DNA from: Octopus sinensis
Lineage: Eukaryota
Direction of reading: 5' to 3'
Assembly (NCBI RefSeq): GCF_006345805.1
Contig: NC_043009.1
Span: 55,428,001-55,492,000 of the forward strand
Length of the DNA stretch: 64,000 nucleotides
In this document: positions 53,551 to 62,648 of the stretch, piece by piece
Position numbering within the stretch: the stretch's first letter is position 1
Layout of the letters: every line of letters begins with the position of its first letter
Position numbers and translations under genes: made by a program
The notes under the pieces: model-generated
What the model saw: the letters and a program-made list of their open reading frames with translations, nothing else
Told to the model about the DNA's origin: nothing
Database searches by the model: none

Positions 53551-55792
53551 ATCTTATATATCAAAAGGCAAGTTGTCTGTCTCTGTGCGTCTACTCCTAC
53601 AATTTTCAACCGAATTTCACCAAATTAGACATGTGTCCTCGCTTTGACTTAGGATGCTTTTTCTTATAATTTTTTCTTTGAAACTCCGTGTCCCCAACAT
53701 AAATAGACTACTCTCAATTTGCCTAGGATTTGGCTTAAGCCAGTGAAAAAATGTGACACACACCCAGCTGGAAAAAATCAATACTTTACTTTGTCAGCTG
53801 TGGCGAACCTCTTATTGACTGCTTGCACTGTACTGCCAGCAGTATTCATTTGTGAGTTACAATTTGCCTGTTTTCATGTAAGCACTCTTTTTCAGATAAT
53901 TATTCCAACTTAAACTAGCCACTTCAAAACTCTTACCCAAAATTAAAAATCCTTAATTCAGTCTGTTTGATTAACATTTTTGCCAACTACATTTTACTAT
54001 TTTTTTGGTGCTACACATTTACCGCTTTTTCCTTAGGATTTTTTCTTTGCGTAAACTGATAATTTCCACCATGCAAAAGATCCACTATAGGTCAGCAAAC
54101 AAATGCTGCTAAGAAAAGTAAATGTATGTGTGCAAATGAATTTGCTGAGGGCGCCACCAGGAGGAACTCTCTTAATGCACTTAGGATGGCTTCAGCGTGA
54201 AGAAGGGAAAGTGAAAAGCAGCATTGTGATTGGTTGGCGCCACCAGGAGGAACTCTCTTAATGCACTTAGGATGGCTTCAGCGTGAAGAAGGGAAAGTGA
54301 AAAGCAGCATTGTGATTGGTTAACACATATTGCTGTGCAACAAGCTGCTCAGAGCAATGAGCAACGTCCAGCACGCTGAACAAGAAATGCTTCCTCTACT
54401 GCTGCTGCACAAGCTTCAGAGACTGCAGCAGAATGCACAGATTGACTTACAAGTGATGCCTCCTCAATTGCTGTTGCATGAGCTGTAGAGACTGCAGCAC
54501 AATGCGCAGATCAACCTTCAAGAGATGCTGCAGCAAATGCTGCTGTGCACACTACAGAGACTACAGGAGAAAGACAACAACGGATGTTGCTCTATGTGGC
54601 AAACAAGAAAACATCAGGTAACCATACCCTCGTCACCTTATTTATTTCATTAGCATAATCTTCACTGTACGCTCTCCGTTAAGTGCCCCCAATTGTGAGG
54701 TAGGCAACAGATACTACACTTTTCATCTTTTTTGCACAGGCCACATGTCAAATTTTTTCTTCAGATAATGTTGTATGTGCAACCCAGCAAAACAGCAGGT
54801 AAACATACTATTTCTCTTTATGTCATATCTTTAGGCTCAGCCTTTCTATCTTCTAAACAGCACATGACAGCAGTTATGTGGTAAGGAAAATAAACCTAAT
54901 TAGTGCCAGTTTTTTACAGATTGACCTATTGTCCCAATGGAAAACAATGACAATGCTGTGGGCACATGACTCTGCATGTTCACTATTGTGCTAAATAAAT
55001 CAAGTGAGGGCGTGTGGCTTAGTGGTTAGGGCATTCGGCTCATGATCGTAAGGTTGTGAGTTCAATTCCCGGCGACGTGTTGTGTCCTTGAGCAAGACAC
55101 TTTATTTCACGTTGCTCCAGTCCACTCAGCTGGCAAAAATGAGTTGTACTTGTATTTCAAAGGGTCAGCCTTGTCACTCTCTGTGTCACGCTGATTATCC
55201 CCGAGAACTACGTTCAGGGTACACGTGTCTGTGGAATGCTCAGCCATTTGCATGTTAATTTCACGAGCAAGCTGTTCCGTTGATCGTATCAGCTGGGACC
55301 CTCGTCGTCGTAACCGGCGGAGTCTTTTTTAAATAAATCAAACAATGCAGAGAACATCTGCCAATATGATTTCTTTCATTCAGTTCATAGGTGCATCCGT
55401 GAATGATCTAATAACCAAACAGGCATACTTAACAAACAGCTCCGAGCAATGCCGGGTACGCTTGCTAGTATATATAATATGTGTGTGTGTGTGTGTGTAT
55501 GTATATATATATATATATATATTTTGTGTATATATATATATATATTTTGTGTATATGTATATATATATTTGTATGTATGTATATATATATATAAACTCAG
55601 GACGCCATGATAGATCGTTAGCTCCTACATGCATTTTTTTCTCTCCTTGTTTTTTTCTGTGTTCCTTTCTGTAGAAGAGCGTAGGCTTGAAACGTAAAAG
55701 ACTTTTTCTATTCCTGAGCGCTGTACTAAGACATTTGTTTGTTTGTACTCCACCTGCCTTCGTCTTTTGTTTATTTTCGTAAACTTTCCCCT

Positions 55793-55847
<55 letters not shown>

Positions 55848-56133
55848 ATATATATATATATATATTTTGTGTATATATATATATATATTTTGTGTATGTA
55901 TATATATATTTGTATGTATGTATATATATATATAAACTCAGGACGCCATGATAGATCGTTAGCTCCTACATGCATTTTTTTCTCTCCTTGTTTTTTTCTG
56001 TGTTCCTTTCTGTAGAAGAGCGTAGGCTTGAAACGTAAAAGACTTTTTCTATTCCTGAGCGCTGTACTAAGACATTTGTTTGTTTGTACTCCACCTGCCT
56101 TCGTCTTTTGTTTATTTTCGTAAACTTTCCCCT

Positions 56134-56190
<57 letters not shown>

Positions 56191-59132
56191 TGGTGAGGGA
56201 TGGCAGAAATGGAGTATTGAACAAAACATTAAAATGCCTTGTGGTATTTGGTTTCATACAAGTTACATCCCCTTATGTCCGAGTCAACCTTGCCTTTCAC
56301 TCTTTACAAATCGTTGAGCTAAATATCAAGCAAAGTATAAGTGGTGCAGATATAAATGATAAGAATGCCTGAAGTAGAGGAATAAAAGAAAGGGACCAAA
56401 GAAACTACAGACCTTTCTAGAAACAAGATGTACGATGGTATCATGTAAAATGGTAATTTCTTCTTTAGCTGGTTTCTGACATCTTTACGTGTGACCTCAC
56501 CATTGGTGACCACGTAGGCAATGAGGAATTTGTCCTCTCCTTCATTTCCCTTTACCAATACCACACAGTTATTCACTGAACTCAGCGACATCAGAGACGC
56601 TTCCACAGCCTGGAAACAATCACAGAAGAAAGTTTATAGTTGTTGTCACCACCACCACCGCCACCACCACCACCAGCACCAGCAGCACCAGCACCACCAC
56701 CACCACCAGCACCAGCACCACCACCAGCACCGCCACCGCCACCACCACTGCCACCACCACCACCAGCACCACCAGCACTACCACCAGCACCAGCACCAGC
56801 ACCAGCACCACCGCCACCATTATCACCACCACCACCACCGCCACCACAACTGCCACCACCACCACCATCACTACTGCAACCACTATGGCCGCCGCTGCAA
56901 CCACCACCAAATAATATGTTTCTAAGCATGATGGTTTTGTTGTGTGTGGAAGACCAATAGAATAAAGATGCCTTAAGGGATCGTGACAAGATGGGCTGCC
57001 AGCTGTAGAATTATGATAGCATGGATAAAAGTGAACATAAAATTATTGGTGATGGGGATTTATATCTAAGTTACGTATCAATCAGTTTGATTTCTAACTG
57101 TCATTAGGGTTTCATATTCCTGGATGTATGAGTGGTACTTAAGAGTCCAATCTGGTAAAATATGTCCCCACTCCACTGTTAACAACCAGTATTGGTTTGT
57201 TTATATACCTGTAACTTAGTGGTTCAGCAAAAGAGACTGATAGAATAAGTACCTGACTTAAATAAAGATAAGTACAAGGGTTTGATTTGTTTGATTAATC
57301 ACTTTAAAGCAATGATCCAGCATGGCCTCAGTCATAAAACAAATAAAAGGCAGGAGATAAGAGATAAAAAAAATCCTTCATCTCTAAAATTGAGGATGTA
57401 GCAAGACTAATTTCATAAATTACATGTTTTAGACTTAAATAGTCTGAAAAGGGCTCCATGCATAAGTCTCTAATGATTGGACATGCCACCTGTCATTGGA
57501 AGCTGAAATACTTTGTTGGGCCAGGCATCTGGATTGGTCTAGTTTTATGTTGGATATGGAGTGCATATCCAATCATGTTGTGCAATAGACCACCAAGCAT
57601 AGCAAATTCTAAATGTTAACCAGCCCCAGCCCATTCAAAGTATCTTGGATTGCAGGATGGCCTGCTGTGCTAACCTTGGATCGTGGGGTGACCTGCTGTG
57701 CATGAGGAGACCTATTGAGTCAAGTACATCAACATCAAAATAAAAATCAAATGGAAATTGTAGTTGTGATACCCGTGCCAGTGGCACGTAAAAAGCACCA
57801 TCTGAACGTGCCAGCATCACCTTGGCTGGCTTCTGTGCCGGTGGCATGTAAAAAGCACCAACCAATCATGGATGTTGCCAGCCTCCTCGGACCCCTGTGC
57901 TGGTGGAACGTAAAAAGCACCCACTACACTCATGGAGTGGTTCGCGTTAGGAAGGGCATCTAGCTGTAGAAATACTGCCAGATCAGACTGGAGCCTGGTG
58001 TAGCCTCCTGGCTTCCCAGACCCCGGTTGAACAGTCCAACCCATGCTAGCATAGAAAATGGACATTAAACGATGATGATGATGCCTGAGCCATTTTTTGT
58101 TAATATGAAGTTTTTCATTTTAGCAGAAGGAAGAGTTTGTTTTCAGGAAGCTTTGTCACATTATTTTTGTTCTTGTTGAAGCACATTTAAACAAGTTCAC
58201 CTGAATTGAAAAGTCAATTATGAATGATTTTCTACAGCCCAGATTCTTCATGATGTATTAATCTGGTTTGCTGTATAATTTCATTTTGCTGAAGAATAAA
58301 ATGTTGCTGTTAATTGAAAGCTTATTTTTGGTATTATTTCCATTGTTTTATATGCAACTCATGGGAAGCAAGATTTTATATTAAGACGACCAGAGACATC
58401 ACCTTGCAGCTAAAAGGTTAATAGTTAAAAATAAATGATCTTATAAAGACAGGAATTATTTTTGAAGTCTTAAACGTTGGTTAACTTACCTGAACCTCTA
58501 CTGAATAACCTCTGATCTTCACCATGGAATCACACCGTCCACATATCTCCAGGTCACCATTGGACAGCATGTAACCCCAGTCACCAGTTCGATACAGTTG
58601 AGTGGGTTGGTTATTTGGGGACAGTTTGGTCTTTATGAATCTTTCAGCATTTAGCTTGGGCATTTTCAGATAACCGCAGGCGAGTGATGGACCACCAATA
58701 TAAATCTGTAGAAGTCAAAAAAAAAAAAAAGAAAAGGATGTATTTGATTTTAATTGTTGTTGTTATTGTTGTTATTATTATTTCCTTGAGCAAAGGTGAG
58801 CTTGCTGACACAGCCGTTAGCACACCGGACAAAATGCTTAGCAACATTTTTTCTGACCCTTTATGTTCTGGGTCTAAATTCTGCTGAGGTCAGCTTTGCC
58901 CTTCATCCTTTTGAGGTTGATGAATTAAGTAAGATGAATAGACATAGGAATGGCTGTGTGGTAAGTAGCTTGCTTACAAACTGCATGGTTCCGGGTTCAG
59001 CCCCACTGCATGACACCTTGGGCAAGTGTCTTCTATTATAGCCTCGGGCCAACCAAAGCCTTGTGAGTGGATTTGGTAGACAGAAACTGAAAGAAGCTCA
59101 TCGTATGTATATATATATATATATTATATATA

Positions 59133-59171
<39 letters not shown>

Positions 59172-59459
59172 TCCCTCCATCAAATCAACATTATCTGTAC
59201 AGGTGCACAGCATACCACATGTCAGATATGAGATGATCATATGTATGCAGATGATCATTTGTATATAGATATATTTGTATGTATACATGTATGTATGTAT
59301 GAGTTTAAGTTCTTGAGAATTCAAGCTGGTCACTGACAGTAGTGATACGTCTTGAGTTAAGAGAGTTCCCGGTGTTTGTAAACATATGGATGAGTTGGTG
59401 TGTTAGTTGAACAGCTGATGTATATACCCAAGTGTGTGCATGTATGTATGTATGTATGT

Positions 59460-59492
<33 letters not shown>

Positions 59493-60134
59493 GTCGTTGT
59501 TTAGCGTCCGCTTTCCATGCTGGCATGGGTTGGACGGTTCAACTGGGGTCTGGGAAGCCAGAAGGCTGCACCAGGCCCAGTCTGATCTGGCAATGTTTCT
59601 ATGGCTGGATGCCCTTCCTAACGCCAACCACTCCATGAGTGTAGTGGGTGCTTTTTACGTGCCACCGGCACAGTTGCCAGATGAGGCTGGCAAACGGCCA
59701 CGATCGGATGGTGCTTCGTGGCTGTTTGCCAGCCTCGTCTGGCACCTGTGCCAGTGGCACGTAGTATGTATGTATGTATGTATGTATGTATGTATGTATG
59801 TATGTATGTATGTATGTATGTATGTATGTATGTATGTATGTACATATGTATGTATTTGTGTGTGCATGTATTTACTTGTACTTGTGACAGCATTCACCCA
59901 GGGCGGGTTGAACCAGCTTCTTCTCTGGTCCTGCCGGCATCACGAACCATGGCAGCCCACGCTCAATGGTCCTGTGCGAGGTCACTGGAGATAGCGAGCC
60001 AGTCGCGGTTCCATCTGCGCAGACCGACCACCTGCAGACCTGATTGTTCGGAGAGGCCCTCCTTTATCGTCGTTGCCCAGGTCTTCAGCTGCCCACCTGT
60101 GTGTTTGCACCAGTTGGGAAGTGTGCATGTGCAT

Positions 60135-60193
<59 letters not shown>

Positions 60194-62648
60194 GTGTGTG
60201 TGTATGATTTCTTACCTCACCAGACACTCCTACAGGTTGATGTTCCAGATTTTCATTCATGATCACTATATCTACATTAGGCAGGTGTTTACCGACTGGA
60301 GAAAACTTCCGACTTTCAAAAGCATCCTGTGAGTGAAGGAGAAGAATTTATAGTTAAGTAACAGATTTGAAACAATAGACTTAAAAAAGAATTTAATGAC
60401 AGGAGCAAGCAATAGCATAACACAACAGTGTAAAGACAAACTCAAGAGGGAGCCTTTATGTGGTTGCTTGGTTTGCTAGACATGGCAGTAAAGTCTCCCT
60501 CAAATTATACCATATCATCTAAAATATCCTGCATGCTAATGATTCTGCAAGTATGCCACCTAAATGTGCCCTTTTAAAGCCTAGCCAGGCTCATGGGCCT
60601 GGTTTCCTGGTTTCTATGGTGTATGTGTTCCCCAGCTGGACGGGACGCCAGTCCATTGCAGCATTACTCATTTTTGCCAGCTGAGTGAACTGGAGCAACG
60701 TGAAATGAAGTGTTTTGCTGAAGAATACAACGCGTCGACCGGTCCAGGAATCGAAACCACAATCTTACGATCATGGTGCTGACACCCTAACCACTAAGCC
60801 ACGCGCCTCCACTACCATATCATCTAAGTAAAGGCATATTGGATAATGCAGTCTTTGATGCGCTATGTCTGGGGCTATAGTAGAAGATAGTAAACCAAGG
60901 GGGGATTGAAATAAGAGTAAAAAGGGCTGTTAGAGCAGCTACTCTTTCCTTTGCCTCTGTCTCTGACCCTCTGTCTGTCACTCTGTCAGCTTGCCTTTCT
61001 GTCTGTTTGTCTGTCTATATAATTCTTTTCCCTGTTTATATATTTTCATTTTAACATTTTTTTTATAAACATTTATAAATGGCATGAAAAGAAAAAAACT
61101 AGCCACCACGAGGCAGACAGGCATGCATATACATACACACACATACATATATATGTGAGTATGTGTGTATGTATATATGTATATACATACGTGTGTGTAT
61201 GGGAAGGTATGCATGCGTGTATATGTATTTATGTGTATATGTATTTGTGTGCATATGTATGGATATATACATATATATACATACATATTTACACTAACGT
61301 ACACATGTATGTACATACATATACAAACACACGTGCATACATACACACATACATACACATACATTTACACAGGTATTCTACAAATATCTTCCTCTTTTCA
61401 GCCTAAATCTTGTTCATAATTACAGGTTAGTAAAATTAATAATTAAAAAAATTAAATAATGCTGACAAGAAAACAGTCACACACAAACACACAAACACAC
61501 ATATGCAGATACATGAAAACATATAGGCACAAACATATACACACACACAAACTTACACATAAACTTATAAACATTTAAACAAAAGAAACACACAAACACA
61601 CACATACACACTCATGCAAACATATACACACATACATATACATGTACAATACTGGATTAAATACTTAACAACAAAAAAAAACACTACCACCATCACAACC
61701 ACCACCAACAACAACAGCAGCAGCAACAAGAACAAGAACAAGAACAACAAGAACAAGAACAAGAACAACAACAACAGCAACAATAACAACACATCACCAC
61801 CACTGCTGTCACCACTACCACTACTGCCGTCACCACCACCATCACTAACACCACCAACAGTAGCATCAACAACAACTACAAGCTTACGAGGGAGTCCCTA
61901 TGTGGTCACTTGGCCTGTTAGAAACAGCAGCCAGCCAAATATCCCTCAAGTCATACCGTTCCTTCATAAACATAGAAAGGACACATTATATAATGCATTC
62001 TGTCCTATATACCCTTATACCTATTTCTTTACTACCCACAAGGGGCTAAACACAGAGGGGACAAACAAGGACAGACAAACGGATTAAATCTATTATATCG
62101 ACCCCAGTGCCTAACTGGTACTTAATTTATCGACCCCGAAAGGATGAAAGGCAAAGTTGACCTCGGCAGAATTTGAACTCAGAACGTAGTGGCAGACGAA
62201 ATACCGCTAAGCATTTCGCCCGACGTGCTAACGATTCTGCCAGCTCTCCGCCCTATACCCTTATAACGATGAGATGGACACGGATGAAAATATTCTTGAC
62301 CATAACCAGCATGGTCAGTGATGACTTAGGGACTAAATGGTAGCTCACTTTTAAATTGCGATGAGGTAAAATAAATGATGGTAATGGTGATGAAGATGAT
62401 GATGATAGTGGTGGTGGTGGTGGTGATGGTGCTGGTGGTGGCGGTGATGTATATTAACTTTTTTTTTGTTAAAAGAAGCCAAAACGCACTTTACCTTGTC
62501 ATGTGTATAGCACTGCGTTAGATCCACACACGCAACATCGTGGCATTCAGATATGCTGTAGAGGTTGACAAACTGGATGTGAGGTAAAGATGCAATACAC
62601 CTTTTGAAAAATGGTGTGGTAACAACTTCCCCACAGAATATAATGATT
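15795..62648 (-). CDS. Multi-exon NRPS-like A-T-R-R enzyme (ATRR / glycine-betaine reductase-like), 5'-truncated by the window edge; 20 exons
   Basis: Manual splicing of 20 exons gives a continuous frame (3046 nt), and all introns are GT..AG with matching phases. Motifs in order: FCGE, NLYSISE (A5), [15 protein letters not shown] (A6), YRTGD (A7), [15 protein letters not shown] (A8), GKLDKKALP (A10), FFDLGGHSLL (PCP Ser), VTGATGFLG / HAAALVN / GYSQSKW (thioester reductase), VTGASSGIG / VNCAG / NISSDAG / YSGSK (classical SDR), then TGA. Confidence 0.95.
16451..16609 (-). CDS. ATRR-like exon 19: [26 protein letters not shown]...[15 protein letters not shown]...DQE
   Basis: ctgcag acceptor, GAG|gtatct donor; YxxxK and PGxVxT motifs. 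Confidence 0.96.
16930..17375 (+). mobile_element. CR1-clade LINE, 3' ORF2 fragment
   Basis: [21 protein letters not shown]...[22 protein letters not shown]...RGHS.KL...F..WNKLP, the CR1 ORF2 C-terminus. Confidence 0.9.
17380..17910 (+). mobile_element. RTE-type LINE 3' UTR ending in (GAT)n
   Basis: Same sequence as the UTR following RTE ORF remnants at 27040-27618 and 50608-51200; internal gtggcacgtaaaaagcacc subrepeats. Confidence 0.8.
18258..18660 (+). mobile_element. Abundant SINE-like repeat with internal (TA)n(TG)n
   Basis: ggctgtgtggtaagtagcttgc...ccactg head and gctccagcatggccgcagtcaaatgactgaaacaagtaaaag tail; copies at about 36335-36750 (-), 43680-44055 (-), 52676-53075 (+) and 58945-59110 (+). 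Confidence 0.8.
19441..19533 (-). CDS. ATRR-like exon 18: [31 protein letters not shown]
   Basis: ttcag acceptor, AGA|gtatat donor; SDR catalytic Ser region. Confidence 0.95.
20428..21271 (-). mobile_element. Helitron carrying a PIF1-like helicase fragment
   Basis: ORF 20530-21021: AILAPRN..V..IN...NYPIEVLNS....[28 protein letters not shown]; Helitron-type hairpin 3' end near 20428-20460. Confidence 0.88.
22915..23218 (-). mobile_element. tRNA-derived SINE
   Basis: Copy of 10988-11258; ends about 35 bp from the donor of ATRR-like exon 17. Confidence 0.8.
23253..23393 (-). CDS. ATRR-like exon 17: VKELV...[18 protein letters not shown]...[11 protein letters not shown]
   Basis: ttttgcag acceptor, AAG|gtgagt donor; NNAG-like motif. 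Confidence 0.96.
23904..24130 (+). mobile_element. SINE with Meta-domain-like body
   Basis: aggcggcgagctggcag head plus gactttgcctttcatcctttc..ggtcgataaa..taccag body; copies at about 7950-8130, 32570-32735, 44200-44840 (three), 49900-50120 and 62025-62250. Confidence 0.7.
24318..24526 (-). CDS. ATRR-like exon 16: start of second reductase, classical SDR ([14 protein letters not shown]...MAARREDKL...TDVT)
   Basis: tacag acceptor, CAG|gtatgg donor; phase 1 matches exon 15; no in-exon start Met before the Rossmann motif. Confidence 0.95.
24575..25045 (+). mobile_element. RTE-derived short element (UTR-like region joined to an RTE 3' end with CAAGTA tail)
   Basis: 3' part caggaccagagaagaagctgg..caaccc..ctgggtgaa.gc.gtcacaagtacaagta is shared with the RTE remnant at 59870-60120 (-). 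Confidence 0.6.
26064..26236 (-). CDS. ATRR-like exon 15: end of R1 ([57 protein letters not shown])
   Basis: cacag acceptor, A|gtaagt donor; 173 nt; resembles the R-domain terminal helices (YP.ID..LL..YF). Confidence 0.88.
26665..27618 (+). mobile_element. RTE-clade LINE 3' fragment (ORF end plus 3' UTR)
   Basis: [23 protein letters not shown]...[12 protein letters not shown]...[15 protein letters not shown]; then UTR with subrepeats and (GAT)n. Confidence 0.88.
27890..28600 (+). mobile_element. R4/Dong-like non-LTR retrotransposon, C-terminal CCHC plus restriction-like endonuclease remnant
   Basis: [14 protein letters not shown]; C..C...[11 protein letters not shown]; [10 protein letters not shown]; TDRTI..N.P..IIKD; IDVSV; KLSKYKD.EIEI. 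Confidence 0.85.
30204..30275 (-). pseudogene. Degenerate tRNA-Asp(GTC)
   Basis: TTCTCGGTAGTATAGTGGTAAGTATCCCCACCTGTCACGCGGGAGACCGGGTTTCGATTCCCCGCCGGGGTG: 72 nt, GTC anticodon, with mismatches in the acceptor (1:72), anticodon and T stems. Confidence 0.8.
31521..31762. repeat. Perfect 242-bp palindrome, no spacer
   Basis: 121-bp arms centred on cagcaa|ttgctg (31641/31642). Confidence 0.95.
31875..32130 (+). mobile_element. Gypsy pol remnant (protease-RT linker)
   Basis: [11 protein letters not shown]...[23 protein letters not shown], resembling the pre-RT HhI.T.GPPv..RpRRLaPd motif. Confidence 0.65.
32954..33022 (-). CDS. ATRR-like exon 14 (least certain): [22 protein letters not shown]
   Basis: ctttgttttcag acceptor, AT|gtcagt donor; 69 nt, phase 2-2, bridges exons 13 and 15 in frame; no diagnostic motif. 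Confidence 0.65.
34008..34316 (+). mobile_element. Non-autonomous Helitron
   Basis: Inverse copy of 12186-12558; ends cgagcaacgccgggcgatactgCTAG|T. Confidence 0.8.
34405..34476 (-). CDS. ATRR-like exon 13: [23 protein letters not shown]
   Basis: ttccag acceptor, AG|gtaaat donor; 72 nt, phase 2-2; GY...PFxxW motif typical of the R-domain C-terminal part. Confidence 0.9.
35712..36290 (+). mobile_element. RTE 3' UTR with about six tandem 66-bp subrepeats
   Basis: Unit ggcatgtaaaaagcaccatccaaatgtggccgatgccaggtccacctgactggctcctgtgctggt (35712 to 35778); (GAT)n tail. Confidence 0.8.
37025..37250 (-). CDS. ATRR-like exon 12: (G)NLAGD...WNPQDF...[12 protein letters not shown]...[10 protein letters not shown]
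   Basis: ctgtag acceptor, AG|gtaaa donor; TPVDF motif; 226 nt. Confidence 0.94.
37570..37890 (-). mobile_element. Penelope-like element, GIY-YIG region remnant
   Basis: SCNC..PGSCPLD..CL.KSIIY.A...SECEFKD.YANH..SF.Y......[12 protein letters not shown]. Confidence 0.8.
38648..38814 (-). CDS. ATRR-like exon 11: (S)TDAVF...[13 protein letters not shown]...GLPVVIYRL
   Basis: ttccag acceptor, G|gtaata donor; catalytic YxxxK of R1. Confidence 0.96.
40234..40319 (-). CDS. ATRR-like exon 10: [28 protein letters not shown]
   Basis: ttttcag acceptor, AG|gtaag donor; NVxGT and HYIS motifs. Confidence 0.94.
40678..40908. mobile_element. piggyBac-type MITE
   Basis: TTAA CCCTTTCGTTAC left end, degenerate right end; inverted homolog of 49131-49351. 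Confidence 0.7.
41443..41721. mobile_element. Fold-back MITE
   Basis: About 130-bp imperfect inverted arms (tctggggagagt...ttgcaacc / ggttgcaa...actctccccaga) with a short central spacer. Confidence 0.75.
42457..42572 (-). CDS. ATRR-like exon 9: (G)[38 protein letters not shown]
   Basis: ttcag acceptor, AAT|gtaagt donor; GD..NLG and IIHxAAxVN motifs. Confidence 0.95.
44880..45250 (+). mobile_element. CR1-clade LINE 3' end
   Basis: Degenerate [22 protein letters not shown] then UTR and (TTA)n tail. Confidence 0.7.
45285..45450 (-). CDS. ATRR-like exon 8: [11 protein letters not shown]...[12 protein letters not shown]...SRVATVK
   Basis: tttag acceptor, G|gtaatt donor; YCLVR motif of R domains; 166 nt. 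Confidence 0.93.
48046..48181 (-). CDS. ATRR-like exon 7: start of thioester reductase ([20 protein letters not shown])
   Basis: aacag acceptor, AAG|gtatta donor; Rossmann TGxxGxxG motif. Confidence 0.96.
48957..49404. mobile_element. Nested piggyBac-type MITEs
   Basis: Outer TIR cc(t)tttagcatt / aatgccaaaggg-TTAA; inner 49131-49351 with TIR CCCTTTCGTTAC / GTAACGAAAGGG and TTAA duplication (49127-49130, 49352-49355). Confidence 0.8.
50359..50577 (-). CDS. ATRR-like exon 6: PCP (HSLLAATLL...KDLFLFPTV) and linker
   Basis: tgcag acceptor, AA|gtaaat donor; completes DLGG-HS; 219 nt. Confidence 0.95.
50608..52345 (-). mobile_element. RTE-clade LINE, RT through 3' UTR, 5'-truncated
   Basis: [33 protein letters not shown]; Cys-rich insert; [19 protein letters not shown]; UTR with (GAT)n. 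Confidence 0.92.
53090..53281 (-). CDS. ATRR-like exon 5: A10 lysine plus start of PCP ([16 protein letters not shown]...IWMTVL...ESFFDLG)
   Basis: ttcag acceptor, GG|gtaag donor; 192 nt, phase 2-2. Confidence 0.95.
53552..55468 (+). mobile_element. Helitron with N-terminal repeat remnant and nested SINE
   Basis: A|TC...hairpin ccgagcaatgccggg...CTAG|T; internal AAxASETAxE-like repeats (54390-54580); SINE at 55008-55325. Confidence 0.7.
55490..56185. repeat. Tandem duplication (about 341-bp period) of a Penelope-like terminal sequence plus microsatellite
   Basis: ataaactcaggacgcc at 55591 and 55932; the same family occurs on the opposite strand at 63870-64000. Confidence 0.8.
56413..56609 (-). 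CDS. ATRR-like exon 4: A small subdomain ([12 protein letters not shown]...LIAYVV...[14 protein letters not shown])
   Basis: ttccag acceptor, AG|gtctgt donor; 197 nt; LPxYMIP motif. Confidence 0.95.
56640..56915. repeat. Cryptic (CAC/CAG)n trinucleotide repeat, intronic
   Basis: Low-complexity caccac/cagcac run starting about 30 bp beyond the exon 4 acceptor. Confidence 0.9.
58490..58705 (-). CDS. ATRR-like exon 3: A6-A8 core ([13 protein letters not shown]...YRTGDWG...[17 protein letters not shown])
   Basis: Polypyrimidine tract plus tacag acceptor, CAG|gtaagt donor; 216 nt; adenylation core motifs. Confidence 0.97.
59870..60120 (-). mobile_element. RTE-like LINE extreme 3' end
   Basis: [34 protein letters not shown] then a CAAGTA tail. 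Confidence 0.65.
60216..60326 (-). CDS. ATRR-like exon 2: [37 protein letters not shown]
   Basis: cacag acceptor, GAG|gtaag donor; phase 0-0, 111 nt; typical pre-A6 segment (PVGK...PVGVSGE). Confidence 0.92.
62495..62648 (-). CDS. ATRR-like exon 1 (in window): A domain, [51 protein letters not shown]
   Basis: ttacag acceptor, AAG|gtaaag donor; CGE and A5-like motifs. Confidence 0.9.

Noticed and set aside
56521-56989. Poly-His, poly-Pro and Gly-rich ORFs
   Set aside because: These are translations of a CAC/CAG microsatellite in an intron; only the exon at 56413-56609 is coding.
15795-62648. Bacterial or fungal contamination, or a recent horizontal insertion of an NRPS
   Set aside because: Nineteen large spliceosomal introns filled with the host's SINEs, LINEs and microsatellites. 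Ancient HGT cannot be excluded without a phylogeny.
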